DNA from: a virus
Taxonomy: Duplodnaviria > Caudoviricetes
IMG/VR virus record: IMGVR_UViG_3300017761_003192
Coordinates: 1 to 25,437 of that record
Length of the DNA stretch: 25,437 bases
Direction: 5' to 3' (one strand)
Part shown: piece after piece, positions 15,027 through 23,425 of the stretch
Layout: the number at the start of each line of letters is the position of its first letter
Numbering within the stretch: the first letter of the stretch is position 1
Translations under genes and position numbers: made by a program
Notes under the pieces: model-generated
The model's input: the letters and a program-made list of their open reading frames with translations, nothing else
What the model was told of the DNA's origin: nothing
Database searches by the model: none

Positions 15027-15174
15027 AGCCTGTCTGTCGTATGCCCAATGCGACGATTATCACATCACCGCCGACCTGCTTACGCGGGCCGGGAAGCGGC
15101 TCATCGAGCTTGAGGCCGAGTGCGATCGACTGCGGGCGCAGTTGTTCGAGGCCCACACGACGTTCAAGCTATGA
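15010..15174 (+). CDS. hypothetical protein, 54 aa (MKTLAEACLSY...RLIELEAECDRLRAQL...)
   Basis: Manually translated; AAGGT RBS; ATGA overlap with the next gene. Confidence 0.6.
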   Translation: MKTLAEACLSYAQCDDYHITADLLTRAGKRLIELEAECDRLRAQLFEAHTTFKL

Positions 15175-15716
15175 CACTCCTCGGCGAAACACCGTACACG
15201 CCCTGTTTTGTCCGAAACGAATTTCTTTTCAACGAGCAGACGGGCCACGGCAAATTCACACCCGCCGTAGTGTTTGCGTTTCGCGCCGAGCCAGCGAGGG
15301 TGCCGATGTTCCAAGTGATGCTCGACTCTGGGGCACAATGGGCGCGGGTGCCTATCCACATGATTTGCAGCAAGCCCTGCGCCCCGTTGCCGATCGAGCA
15401 GTCGTCTTGGTGGGACTGTTACGGGTACGAATTCACCGTCGTGGCGTTGCCGTTCCTTAAGGGCCACGCGGTCACGGCACTTGGCCGGGACGGTCAGATC
15501 CGCAAGGGCCACTACCTGTTCACGGTGGACTGGATGAAGACCGGATGGTCTGAGGTGCCGGATCAGCACAAGAATCATCATGTGCTCGCGCTTGAGTCGG
15601 GGGCGTGGATCGCGTACCCGAACAACCGGCTGGTCTGGCAAGACCCGTCGTGGATCACGCCGGCGCCGAACCGGGAGTGGCAGACGCCGACCCGGACGTA
15701 CTCGGTCGAGGGATAA
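15171..15716 (+). CDS. conserved aquatic-phage hypothetical protein, 181 aa
   Basis: VRNEFL...GHG...GAQWARVPIH...WDC...YLFTVDW...SEVPDQHK..H...PNNR..W.DPS; motif string recalled from marine/freshwater phage proteins of unknown function. Confidence 0.8.
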   Translation: MTLLGETPYTPCFVRNEFLFNEQTGHGKFTPAVVFAFRAEPARVPMFQVMLDSGAQWARVPIHMICSKPCAPLPIEQSSWWDCYGYEFTVVALPFLKGHAVTALGRDGQIRKGHYLFTVDWMKTGWSEVPDQHKNHHVLALESGAWIAYPNNRLVWQDPSWITPAPNREWQTPTRTYSVEG

Positions 15717-15721
15717 CCCGC

Positions 15722-15790
15722 GTGAAATACTACAACGATTTTGATCCGTATGCAGCGCGGAGGGTTGGCAAGCCGCTGGAAAACGTGTAA
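15722..15790 (+). pseudogene. N-terminal remnant of a phage C5-cytosine methyltransferase
   Basis: GTG-started MKYYNDFDPYAA matches the YYNE(I/F)DP(Y/F)AA start of a family of phage Dcm-type MTases, then diverges and stops after 22 codons. Confidence 0.55.
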
Positions 15791-15801
15791 TGTAAAGTTT
15801 A

Positions 15802-15960
15802 GTCCGGGCGCGGTCTTGATAAACCGCGTCTCCTCCCTTTTGCGGGAATCGCGGCCCGGACGCCTAGACGCATGCGGATTGGCAAATGGTAAGAGGACTG
15901 CGGAAGGACGCTTCCAAAACTCCCCGCTCGACAGTCCGCAGCCGTGTAGGTGAATGCGTC
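15802..15960 (+). ncRNA. structured non-coding RNA candidate (two adjacent multi-stem domains)
   Basis: GTCCGGGC/GCCCGGAC closing two hairpins (15802-15861); long interrupted stem 15861-15881/15932-15952 enclosing a GGAAG-GACG-CTTCC hairpin; possible promoter TTGGCA-17-TAATGT at 15765-15793. Strand inferred. Confidence 0.5.
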
Positions 15961-15990
15961 AACTAGAGCTACGCGCCGCCCACAAAGGGT

Positions 15991-16018
15991 AAAAAAGAAC
16001 CCCCGCGCAAGGCGGGGG
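15991..16018 (-). terminator. rho-independent terminator of the late/lysis transcript
   Basis: CCCCCGC-5 nt loop-GCGGGGG stem (16000-16018) followed on the minus strand by TTCTTTTTT; about 30 nt after the endolysin stop. Confidence 0.8.
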
Positions 16019-16051
16019 GAATGGAGTACCGATGGCGATCGGTGAGACAGT

Positions 16052-16474
16052 TTAGGCGAACGCTCGAGTTCCTGCGCGGTCAATAATCAAGGCTGATTTT
16101 CGGGGCGCCGCCGTGAGCGTGTTGGGGATACTCAGATGGGTCCACGCATCGAATTCTAGAATAATCTGGTCATACGCCAGCCCCGAGGCCATCACAGCCC
16201 GCACAACCGCGTCCGGGGTCATCCCCGGTACTCGGACATCGGCGGCGCAACCGAGGCGATGCTGGCTGGTCTCGCGGCTCCCGCAGGCTGCATTGACCGC
16301 GGCTGACCGATAGGCAGAGTTGACCATGATCGGCCTGCCGCCGAGCCGGTCCTTGACCAACTCCAAGAACACCGCCAGCCGTTGCAGGTTTGCCCGAGAT
16401 GCTGGATCTGGCGTGTTGTCCAGCGTCCGGTGGTTGGTGACGGTTAGTTCCGCAAGGGTGAAATTAGGCGTCAC
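16052..16474 (-). CDS. endolysin, peptidase M15A family
   Basis: NFTLAEL, VNSAYRS..VN, SQH..G.AAD, DQII.E..WTHLS zinc-peptidase motifs. Confidence 0.92.
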   Translation of the reverse strand: MTPNFTLAELTVTNHRTLDNTPDPASRANLQRLAVFLELVKDRLGGRPIMVNSAYRSAAVNAACGSRETSQHRLGCAADVRVPGMTPDAVVRAVMASGLAYDQIILEFDAWTHLSIPNTLTAAPRKSALIIDRAGTRAFA

Positions 16475-16641
16475 CGGTTGCCGGGATCAGCCCTGACAAC
16501 GCCACCCAGACCGAGCGCAGCAGCAATGCCCTGCACCAGCAGTTGATACTGAGGCGGCACCATCGGGATGCCAACGGCAAACAGCACACCCAAGCCCGCG
16601 AGGGTTGATGCTTCACCAAAGCGTTTTCTGAGCCAGCCCAT
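16471..16641 (-). CDS. holin-like small membrane protein, 56 aa
   Basis: MGWLRKRFGEASTLAGLGVL..., two hydrophobic segments, GTGA overlap with the endolysin. Confidence 0.7.
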   Translation of the reverse strand: MGWLRKRFGEASTLAGLGVLFAVGIPMVPPQYQLLVQGIAAALGLGGVVRADPGNR

Positions 16642-16643
16642 GA

Positions 16644-17186
16644 TTATTTTCCTTTCGAGGGGACATCGCCGCCAACTGGATTTGCAGCTCCCACCGGCGC
16701 AGCGGTGAACGCGGTGGTGCCTGGTGCCACTCGACCGTTGTTCCACGGTGATTCATTGATCGGGCCGTAGCAGTTGGCGAGCTGCACGCCGTTGACCTTC
16801 TTGGCCTGCTTGTCGCAGAGGAAGGACCATTGATTGCTCATGCCGCCACCGGCCTCGGTGGTGGTCGTGAACGATCGCGGGGTCATGCTGACCACCGCCC
16901 AAGACGGCGCCTGCGGATACTCGGTCACGGTTGAGAACAGCGACCAGACCTTACCCGCGGGAGCCTTGCAGGAACCTTTCATCAGGCTGGAATTGGCGAT
17001 TGCCTTGCCGGTCAGGACCGGACAGACCGCCATGCCCTCTTGGAACTCGGTCCCGTCCACGCGGATCGACTTGCCGGTGGGGACGCTGGCCGAGGCCGCG
17101 CACAAGGCGAACTCGCCGTTGCAGATCATCAGATCCGCAGCCGACACGGTGACGGGGAACAACGCCAGCAAGAGCAGCTTTTTCAT
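16644..17186 (-). CDS. secreted Cys-rich protein of unknown function
   Basis: Sec signal peptide MKKLLLLALFPVTVSA; six Cys in the mature part. Confidence 0.8.
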   Translation of the reverse strand: MKKLLLLALFPVTVSAADLMICNGEFALCAASASVPTGKSIRVDGTEFQEGMAVCPVLTGKAIANSSLMKGSCKAPAGKVWSLFSTVTEYPQAPSWAVVSMTPRSFTTTTEAGGGMSNQWSFLCDKQAKKVNGVQLANCYGPINESPWNNGRVAPGTTAFTAAPVGAANPVGGDVPSKGK

Positions 17187-17193
17187 GTTCGTT

Positions 17194-17379
17194 CTAGACT
17201 TTGATGACCATGTGGAGCAACAGGAGAATTAACGTACCGGCTACGCCGAGCAGGATCTGTTCTATACGCTTCAGTCTGGCGTTGGAGGCCCGCATTTCTT
17301 TCTCAATGCCTTCGTACCGGACTGCACAGATGTCCACATGTGAATTGACCTTCGCATCGACCTCCACGACCGTTATCAT
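17194..17379 (-). CDS. XhlA-like / holin-associated membrane protein
   Basis: H..ICAVRY..I...LKRIE coiled coil plus a C-terminal TM helix, at the head of the lysis cassette. Confidence 0.7.
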   Translation of the reverse strand: MITVVEVDAKVNSHVDICAVRYEGIEKEMRASNARLKRIEQILLGVAGTLILLLLHMVIKV

Positions 17380-17918
17380 GGGTTGATTAACTGGAAACGT
17401 GTGCCGTCGTAGACCACCAGCGCGATCTTTCCGCTCTTGATGTCGGTAGCGGCCAGCGCCGTGGTGCCGTTCTTGGTGATGGCCTTGGCGCCCAGGTTGT
17501 TCACGTTGAGCGTGGCGGCGCCTGTGTTGGCCGCAGCACCGATGAAGGTCAGGGTCAGGCCGGCGATGTACGTCGATAACGGCTGCGTGAAGGTGCCGAG
17601 GATCGTGTCGGTGCCGGTCACGGTCATGTAGTTGGTCACACCGGCTGACAGGGAGCCGACGTTATCTGCGGTCCAAATCAAGGCGCCGGTTGAGTCCTTC
17701 AGCTCCATGTAGTACAGCGCCGAGTCCAGCCAGACCGCCGCCTCGCCGCGGGAGTTCATCACCACCGGGTTGGTGTTGGCCGTAGTCCCCGCGGCGGTGG
17801 TGTAGGAGGACTGCGGCGTGGTGGTGCCGGCCGCGTAGGTGTAGAGCAGGCCACCCACTAGCGGCGCACCGTTGGCGGTAAAGAACTGCATCAAGGGCGA
17901 GGGGGTCAGGGTAGCCAT
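17376..17918 (-). CDS. short tail-fibre/tailspike attachment protein
   Basis: QFF..NGAPLVGG.LYTYAAGTTTP...NTNPVV.NSRGEA.VWL...IWTADNV particle-binding-type domain, then ANTGAATLNVNNLGAKAI...YDGTRFQL module. Confidence 0.75.
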   Translation of the reverse strand: MATLTPSPLMQFFTANGAPLVGGLLYTYAAGTTTPQSSYTTAAGTTANTNPVVMNSRGEAAVWLDSALYYMELKDSTGALIWTADNVGSLSAGVTNYMTVTGTDTILGTFTQPLSTYIAGLTLTFIGAAANTGAATLNVNNLGAKAITKNGTTALAATDIKSGKIALVVYDGTRFQLINP

Positions 17919-17968
17919 GTCATCTTCCTAGAGGTCTTGCGAACGTGCAGCTCGGGGGCGTTAGCCAT

Positions 17969-20056
17969 TTAATCAATACCTGGGATCATTTGGTAAGCCG
18001 CAGAACCAGTAGCCGCGCCAACTGGGGTTGCGGCAAACAAACCAGCGCGTCGAGCCGCTTCTTGCCGTTGCCTTGCTACACGTTCACCGGCTTGCATCAT
18101 GGCGCGAAGATTGTTTTGCCCCTCCTGGCCGCCAGTCAACAAGATGCGTCCTAGCTCGTTTCGTGTGGTCTCGGGCATTCTTGTGCGGTTGTACAGATTA
18201 ACCATGCCCTGCCCGATTCCAACCGGACTGCCACTTGCAACACCGGCGGCAACTCCGGCAACGTCTTTGAATGCCCCCATGCCAAGATCATCAGCAGCAG
18301 CTAGTCTGCTAACTGTTTGAGAACCTTTATCAGTTGCATTTAAAAGCCTAAACCGTTCTTCGTTTGCCATCTTTGTAGCAAATTGTTTGTACGCAGATTC
18401 ACTTCCGAATATGGTTTGGAGTTTTTCAGCCATTACCGGATTACTGTACGCATTAATTATTTCCGTTCTACCGCCAAGAGAAAGTCCCAACTTTTGCCGC
18501 AAAGACTCAAAAGCACCAATCCTAAAAGCATCAAGCTCCGCTTTACTAAAGTTTTTAATCGTATCGCTAATTTTTGCTTCTGTTTGCGATAGTGCTTTTT
18601 CGCCAATAGTTAAAGCATCTTTTAATTCAGCAGGATCACCAAAAGCATCTCGCGCTTTTTTGTAAATAGAATTACCTGCTGCGTCTTTTGGAGACAACCG
18701 ATCAAGTTTGTCAGTCAACGCTACTCTGGCAATATCGAAGTTACGACTTTCAGAAGTGGGTGCTTTAGTCACCGATTCTTTTGCTCTGTCTCCCATTGCC
18801 CACAAGGTTTTTTTCATGCTATCAAGCGCCCACCACGGAATATCATCCCCGGCTTTTATTAAAGACAAATCAATGTGTGGTTCTCCGCGCAATCTTGCAG
18901 CGTCTTCTGCTGCTTTGTGCGCTCCCGGCGCTCTTGCCAAAAGTTTAACAAGCTCGTCATCTGCGCGGAAAGATACGTTTTCCAATTGCTTGTAGATCGG
19001 CGCAGCATCAGCGGCTTGTTTTATTGTTAATGCTTCCAGCGTCGGCGCAAGCCTTTGCCCTTGAACGCCCATAGATTCTTCAGCCGCAGCAATCATACGA
19101 GGTGCTGCACCTACTTTTTCACGCTGACGGATAAATTGGGACGCTGCTTCTTTTGTCCTGCCTGGCAGGGTTGCCATTGTGTCCAACAGGCCGCGAGTGC
19201 TGGCACCGCCAACATCAGCAATGACCGCGGGGTCGCCTAATGTTGGCAATGTCCTCCTAGCAGCAATAACAGGATTGCCAGCTATTTGTCTTGCTTCAGC
19301 ATCTCTAGCCAAGGCTTGAGCAATTTCCAACTGTGCTGCGGTTGTTGCTCTATTGGGGCTAAATCGTTGTCCGATATTGCTTGCAGTAGCACCAACAGCA
19401 CGCATTACTGGGACAGATCCACCGCCAAGAACAGCACTTAGAGCGCCACCTTTCAATGCATCAATGCCTACATCCCCAAAAGAGTCGGCAGTAGATGCAC
19501 CAGCACCACCGACCGTCCCGTATGCGGCGCCAGTTCCAGCCGCAATCAATCCTTGATTAAGCATATTTACAGTAGGTGCCGCCATTGCGTTTGGTACTGC
19601 CATCGTTCTTGCAGTTTGCGGCGCAGCGCCAAATAGCCTGAGAACGCTCAACGGCGCCGTTGCCATTGCTTGCGTTATGCCCGTAGTGTACGGATTTTGT
19701 TGTTGCTCGTACTCCGCAGCACCGCGCAGGTAATCTCTGTTGGCTCTGTAGTTTGGTAGGTAACCACCGCCTTTTGTCAGAGCGTCATAAGCGCCCCCGA
19801 TACCACCTAGAATCTCGTCAGCAAACCCAAGCGTCGGGCCTTGCAATACAGAAATTAATCCCCGAGTTGCACCGGGCGCATTTGCACCTTCTACCTTTGC
19901 TTTGTTGACACTCAGACCTTTGATGATGCTGTCGTTTGTATGCCCACCTTTTATAGCGGCTGAATAATCAATTTTATTGAAATCGGCAATGTCTCTTGCA
20001 ATTGCCTCATCGGAATAACCGGCTTTCCTTGCGCCTTCAATATCGTAGCCTGCCAT
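17969..20056 (-). CDS. probable internal virion / DNA ejection protein (large)
   Basis: ~695 aa, Ala/Gly-rich helical, QGPTLGFADEI motif, last of three long ORFs after the tail genes as in the P22 gp7-gp20-gp16 arrangement. Confidence 0.65.
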   Translation of the reverse strand: MAGYDIEGARKAGYSDEAIARDIADFNKIDYSAAIKGGHTNDSIIKGLSVNKAKVEGANAPGATRGLISVLQGPTLGFADEILGGIGGAYDALTKGGGYLPNYRANRDYLRGAAEYEQQQNPYTTGITQAMATAPLSVLRLFGAAPQTARTMAVPNAMAAPTVNMLNQGLIAAGTGAAYGTVGGAGASTADSFGDVGIDALKGGALSAVLGGGSVPVMRAVGATASNIGQRFSPNRATTAAQLEIAQALARDAEARQIAGNPVIAARRTLPTLGDPAVIADVGGASTRGLLDTMATLPGRTKEAASQFIRQREKVGAAPRMIAAAEESMGVQGQRLAPTLEALTIKQAADAAPIYKQLENVSFRADDELVKLLARAPGAHKAAEDAARLRGEPHIDLSLIKAGDDIPWWALDSMKKTLWAMGDRAKESVTKAPTSESRNFDIARVALTDKLDRLSPKDAAGNSIYKKARDAFGDPAELKDALTIGEKALSQTEAKISDTIKNFSKAELDAFRIGAFESLRQKLGLSLGGRTEIINAYSNPVMAEKLQTIFGSESAYKQFATKMANEERFRLLNATDKGSQTVSRLAAADDLGMGAFKDVAGVAAGVASGSPVGIGQGMVNLYNRTRMPETTRNELGRILLTGGQEGQNNLRAMMQAGERVARQRQEAARRAGLFAATPVGAATGSAAYQMIPGID

Positions 20057-21552
20057 CACGGTCTCCTGAAAGATTGAATTGGCGGCGCATTTGGGGGCGT
20101 TTTTTCCGTTGTTCCTATTTTGTTTTGGCCTCTGTCAATAATTATGTTACCTACATCTAATCCATAAGACCTTGCTCTTCTTGCGTATCCAGAATAAACA
20201 ATTCTTTGCTCTGTTTTTACTTCTTCAAATAAACCGTCAATTGTTTTGTTTAGGTTTGTTATTTGAGTTGGAGTCAATATTGTTTTCCCAGATTGCAATG
20301 TGTTAGCAATATTAGTTGCACGATCAAACCATCCCGAGGATTTTAAAGCCATTGCTAATTCTGTTTCACGAACAACGGATTGTGGGTCAAGAATTTTCAT
20401 AAAAGCAGTTCCGGCTGATAATCCAGCTGTAGGATTAGTAGCTGCATCTTTTAGTGCTGCTTTTGCTTTATCAATTGCAAGTTTTGTTTCAGTAAAACCT
20501 TTGCTTTCGCTTGCGTATTGTTTGTTTAGTTCTATTTCTGTTTTCTGTACGTCGGCAGGCTTTGGCCCCAACACACCCGCCACCGCGGGTTGCCCTGCGG
20601 GTGCCTGACGCTGCCCAGGCACACCACCACCGGCAACGCCGGGGACAGCAGGCGCAGCAACGCCAGCAGGCGCGGCAGGAACGCCACCACCGCCAACTGG
20701 CGACATCAATGTAGAAATTGGCCTGGATATTCCTTTCCTTGCATTAACCGCAATGCCTCGGTCAGAGTCAAAGGTCCATCCTTGTTGGGCTAAATTCTCT
20801 AAATGATTTGCTCTGGCGGCATTTATTGTCGCCGTGGTGTTTGCTGATATTCCAATCGGGGTGTCAACGGGTTCTCCAACTGGGCGGCCAAAGAAATCAA
20901 CCGTTTGATCTCTGCTTATATTGCCGAGGGGTGTGGTTCTTGTCGTTGTTTGGAGTGTCTTTATGATGTCGGCAGCAGTAGACCCGTAAAACGCCAGTCT
21001 CCTTGCGCGTTGGTCTAATGGAAGCGCCAAGATACGTGCTTGGTCTGCCGTAATTTCTTGCATTGGAATGCCTAAACTAACGCCTCGGGAGAATACGGCC
21101 CGTACATTGTCGTCTGTTGGGTCTGATGCCACTTGCCTTAATTGACCGGCAAACTGTTCAAGGTTTTTAGTAGCGCGTTCAAACCCAATTTTGTCTGTTT
21201 CGGCTCGCGTCTTCAGTAAATCTGCGTTACTTTTTTCTGCATCTCGAAACATCTTTTGCAACTTAAAACCTGTGTCTGGATTAATCCTCGTTGCCCTACT
21301 AACCGCTTCATTCTGACCTGGCAGCGTTGTTACATCGATACCGGACAATGCGGATCGGATCTGTTTTTGTTCTTCTATCCCGCGCATCTGCTCGTTGTAA
21401 TTGAGATCCGACAACCGATTCTGCGACATGCCCTGCATCATCTGCATGGCCCGCAAGGCGTTGGCCTGCCCCGCCTCCTGCGCCTGCAAGGGGATGGTGG
21501 CGATCCGGCCCGGTAGTTGAGTGTCAAGCAGTCCGAAATTGATCTCAGCCAT
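20056..21552 (-). CDS. probable DNA ejection protein (gp20-like position)
   Basis: 498 aa, Gln/Ala-rich N-terminus, Pro/Ala linker, FMKILDPQSVVRETE motif; synteny. Confidence 0.65.
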   Translation of the reverse strand: MAEINFGLLDTQLPGRIATIPLQAQEAGQANALRAMQMMQGMSQNRLSDLNYNEQMRGIEEQKQIRSALSGIDVTTLPGQNEAVSRATRINPDTGFKLQKMFRDAEKSNADLLKTRAETDKIGFERATKNLEQFAGQLRQVASDPTDDNVRAVFSRGVSLGIPMQEITADQARILALPLDQRARRLAFYGSTAADIIKTLQTTTRTTPLGNISRDQTVDFFGRPVGEPVDTPIGISANTTATINAARANHLENLAQQGWTFDSDRGIAVNARKGISRPISTLMSPVGGGGVPAAPAGVAAPAVPGVAGGGVPGQRQAPAGQPAVAGVLGPKPADVQKTEIELNKQYASESKGFTETKLAIDKAKAALKDAATNPTAGLSAGTAFMKILDPQSVVRETELAMALKSSGWFDRATNIANTLQSGKTILTPTQITNLNKTIDGLFEEVKTEQRIVYSGYARRARSYGLDVGNIIIDRGQNKIGTTEKTPPNAPPIQSFRRP

Positions 21553-21553
21553 G

Positions 21554-23425
21554 TCAGACTCCGTACTGTTTCCGCATCATCTGCGCGAGCAAAGCGTTCA
21601 TTGGGTCGGGCGAGTACACGTTGCTAAAGGTTTTACCGATGCCTCCGTAGGCCGACGCTTGCGCGTTGGCTGCGGCTATGTCTGCGCTGCCGTATCTGTT
21701 GGCCGCATTTACACCTAAGTCACCCGCATTGGTGGCGTAGTTCGTCCCCGCTGCGGTAGTCGCTCCTGCTGCCGGGGGGCCGAACCCGGCGATGTTGGCT
21801 AGTGTGTTGCGCCGCGTGGCTTGGTCCTGCATGTAGCGTTCTCTGGCCCTATCATATTCTTGGGAGCCAAAGTTTTCGCCAAACTTTATCGCACCTTTCA
21901 TGCTGGGACCAGAAATGCCCATGCCTTTAGCCGCCATTGAATTGTTGATCGCATCCATCTGTGTTTTGAATCGGAACGGGGCGCTTGGGTCTGCGGTGAA
22001 GTCGGTCATGGCAAACGGGCGGGTCAGTTCCGGGTTCTGATACGCCGCGAGCGCGTTGACCCCGGCGTTGTAGAACGGCTGCGACCGGGCCTGGGCGTCG
22101 GCGTACTGCTTCGCCTGAAGCGCGGTGGCCGCTTCGCTAGCCTGTCCCGAGCGTGCTGCCGCATCTCGAGCCGCGTTGCCGGTCATGTTCGCCGCCAGCA
22201 GGCCACCGGCCCCCGAGATCAGCGCACCGGGGACGCCCTGCTTGGCAAAGAAATTAGCTAACCAAGAGGGGATGCCGCCACCGCCGCCGGACATATCGCC
22301 CGATGGAAGATCAGACCCCGACGTGTACCCCGGAGGCGCCGCATCTTGTGTGGTGTAGTCTGGCGAATACCCCGTTGGAAGATCGCTGCCAAACACTTCA
22401 TCTGCCATTTTGCCACCCGTTGTCGCTGGAACTGTTGGTAAAGGTGCATTGTTGCCCATAGGCACAAGATTGTTAGAGCTTAGACTTTCTCTGCCGCCCA
22501 TGCCACCGCCTAACGCGGCGTCTGTCGCTGCGTCATATGATGGCGAGGCAAATGCCCGGTTCGCCCCGGCGATAGCCCCGCCCACCGCGGCTTGCGTCGG
22601 TGACTGACCGCCTAGCACGCCAGTTAAAAAGTTAGACGCGCCCGCTTGCACGGGCGCGGGAAAGCCCGTGCCGGACATGGCGTTGCCGATGCCGTACCCG
22701 GCGCCGCCCAACGCACCGCCTTTTAGTATCCCTCCGGCAACGTCGCCCCCGCTTCCCAAGGCGTTGATGCCGCCCATCGTGGCGCCCGCTGCCGCTGCGC
22801 CCGTAGCGCCACCGCCATAGGCTGCGGCAAGGCTCTCGCCGCCGGTAAAAGCACCGCCGGCCGCCGCAGCCATGATGATCGGGCCAAAGTTTCGCCATGC
22901 TCCTTGCAGCATTGTCGTATGGTCAGCGGTGTCGCTCTCGCTAAACCTTGCATCGGCAGGAGGCGCAACCCATAAATTCCCGTCCGGTCCCTTGACTACG
23001 GTCCCCTTCGACTGGGACGGAGATGACCATGTAGCGCGTTGCGCCCCGCCGTAGGTTCCGAGATCGCCATGAATGGACGCCCCGCGGTCCATCGGGTAGA
23101 GGTACGACATCTTCCCGTCTATTACCCCGACCTCGCCGCCCAGATTCCCATAAGGCGCGGCTAGTCCTTTTGCTACATCTGTTACAAAGGTCGCAGTTCT
23201 TGCGGCCTCGTCCTGTTCGGGAATAGGCTCAAAGGTACGTAGCGGGTAATCTTCGGATATACCGTTTACGTATTCCATGTAATTTTTGTCGTTTAGTCCG
23301 CCGTAATAGTATTTCCCCGCTGACTCAAAAACTGGCGCATTAGTACGCCTGTCGATAAACGAGTAGGCCGATCCCTGCTCGGGGTCGAAGCTGCTCATCG
23401 ATCCCAACCACCACGGAGTAGCCAT
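21554..23425 (-). CDS. gp7-like DNA transfer protein with long N-terminal extension
   Basis: C-terminal ~220 aa (GGLLAA..AARDAA...QPFYNAGVNAL...DPSAPFR...AAKG.GISG...FGSQEY) is gp7-like; Gly/Ala-rich middle. Confidence 0.7.
   Translation of the reverse strand: MATPWWLGSMSSFDPEQGSAYSFIDRRTNAPVFESAGKYYYGGLNDKNYMEYVNGISEDYPLRTFEPIPEQDEAARTATFVTDVAKGLAAPYGNLGGEVGVIDGKMSYLYPMDRGASIHGDLGTYGGAQRATWSSPSQSKGTVVKGPDGNLWVAPPADARFSESDTADHTTMLQGAWRNFGPIIMAAAAGGAFTGGESLAAAYGGGATGAAAAGATMGGINALGSGGDVAGGILKGGALGGAGYGIGNAMSGTGFPAPVQAGASNFLTGVLGGQSPTQAAVGGAIAGANRAFASPSYDAATDAALGGGMGGRESLSSNNLVPMGNNAPLPTVPATTGGKMADEVFGSDLPTGYSPDYTTQDAAPPGYTSGSDLPSGDMSGGGGGIPSWLANFFAKQGVPGALISGAGGLLAANMTGNAARDAAARSGQASEAATALQAKQYADAQARSQPFYNAGVNALAAYQNPELTRPFAMTDFTADPSAPFRFKTQMDAINNSMAAKGMGISGPSMKGAIKFGENFGSQEYDRARERYMQDQATRRNTLANIAGFGPPAAGATTAAGTNYATNAGDLGVNAANRYGSADIAAANAQASAYGGIGKTFSNVYSPDPMNALLAQMMRKQYGV

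Noticed and set aside
15802-15960. tRNA gene
   Set aside because: No TTC(G/A)A T-loop, D-loop or anticodon arm in canonical spacing; kept only as an ncRNA candidate.
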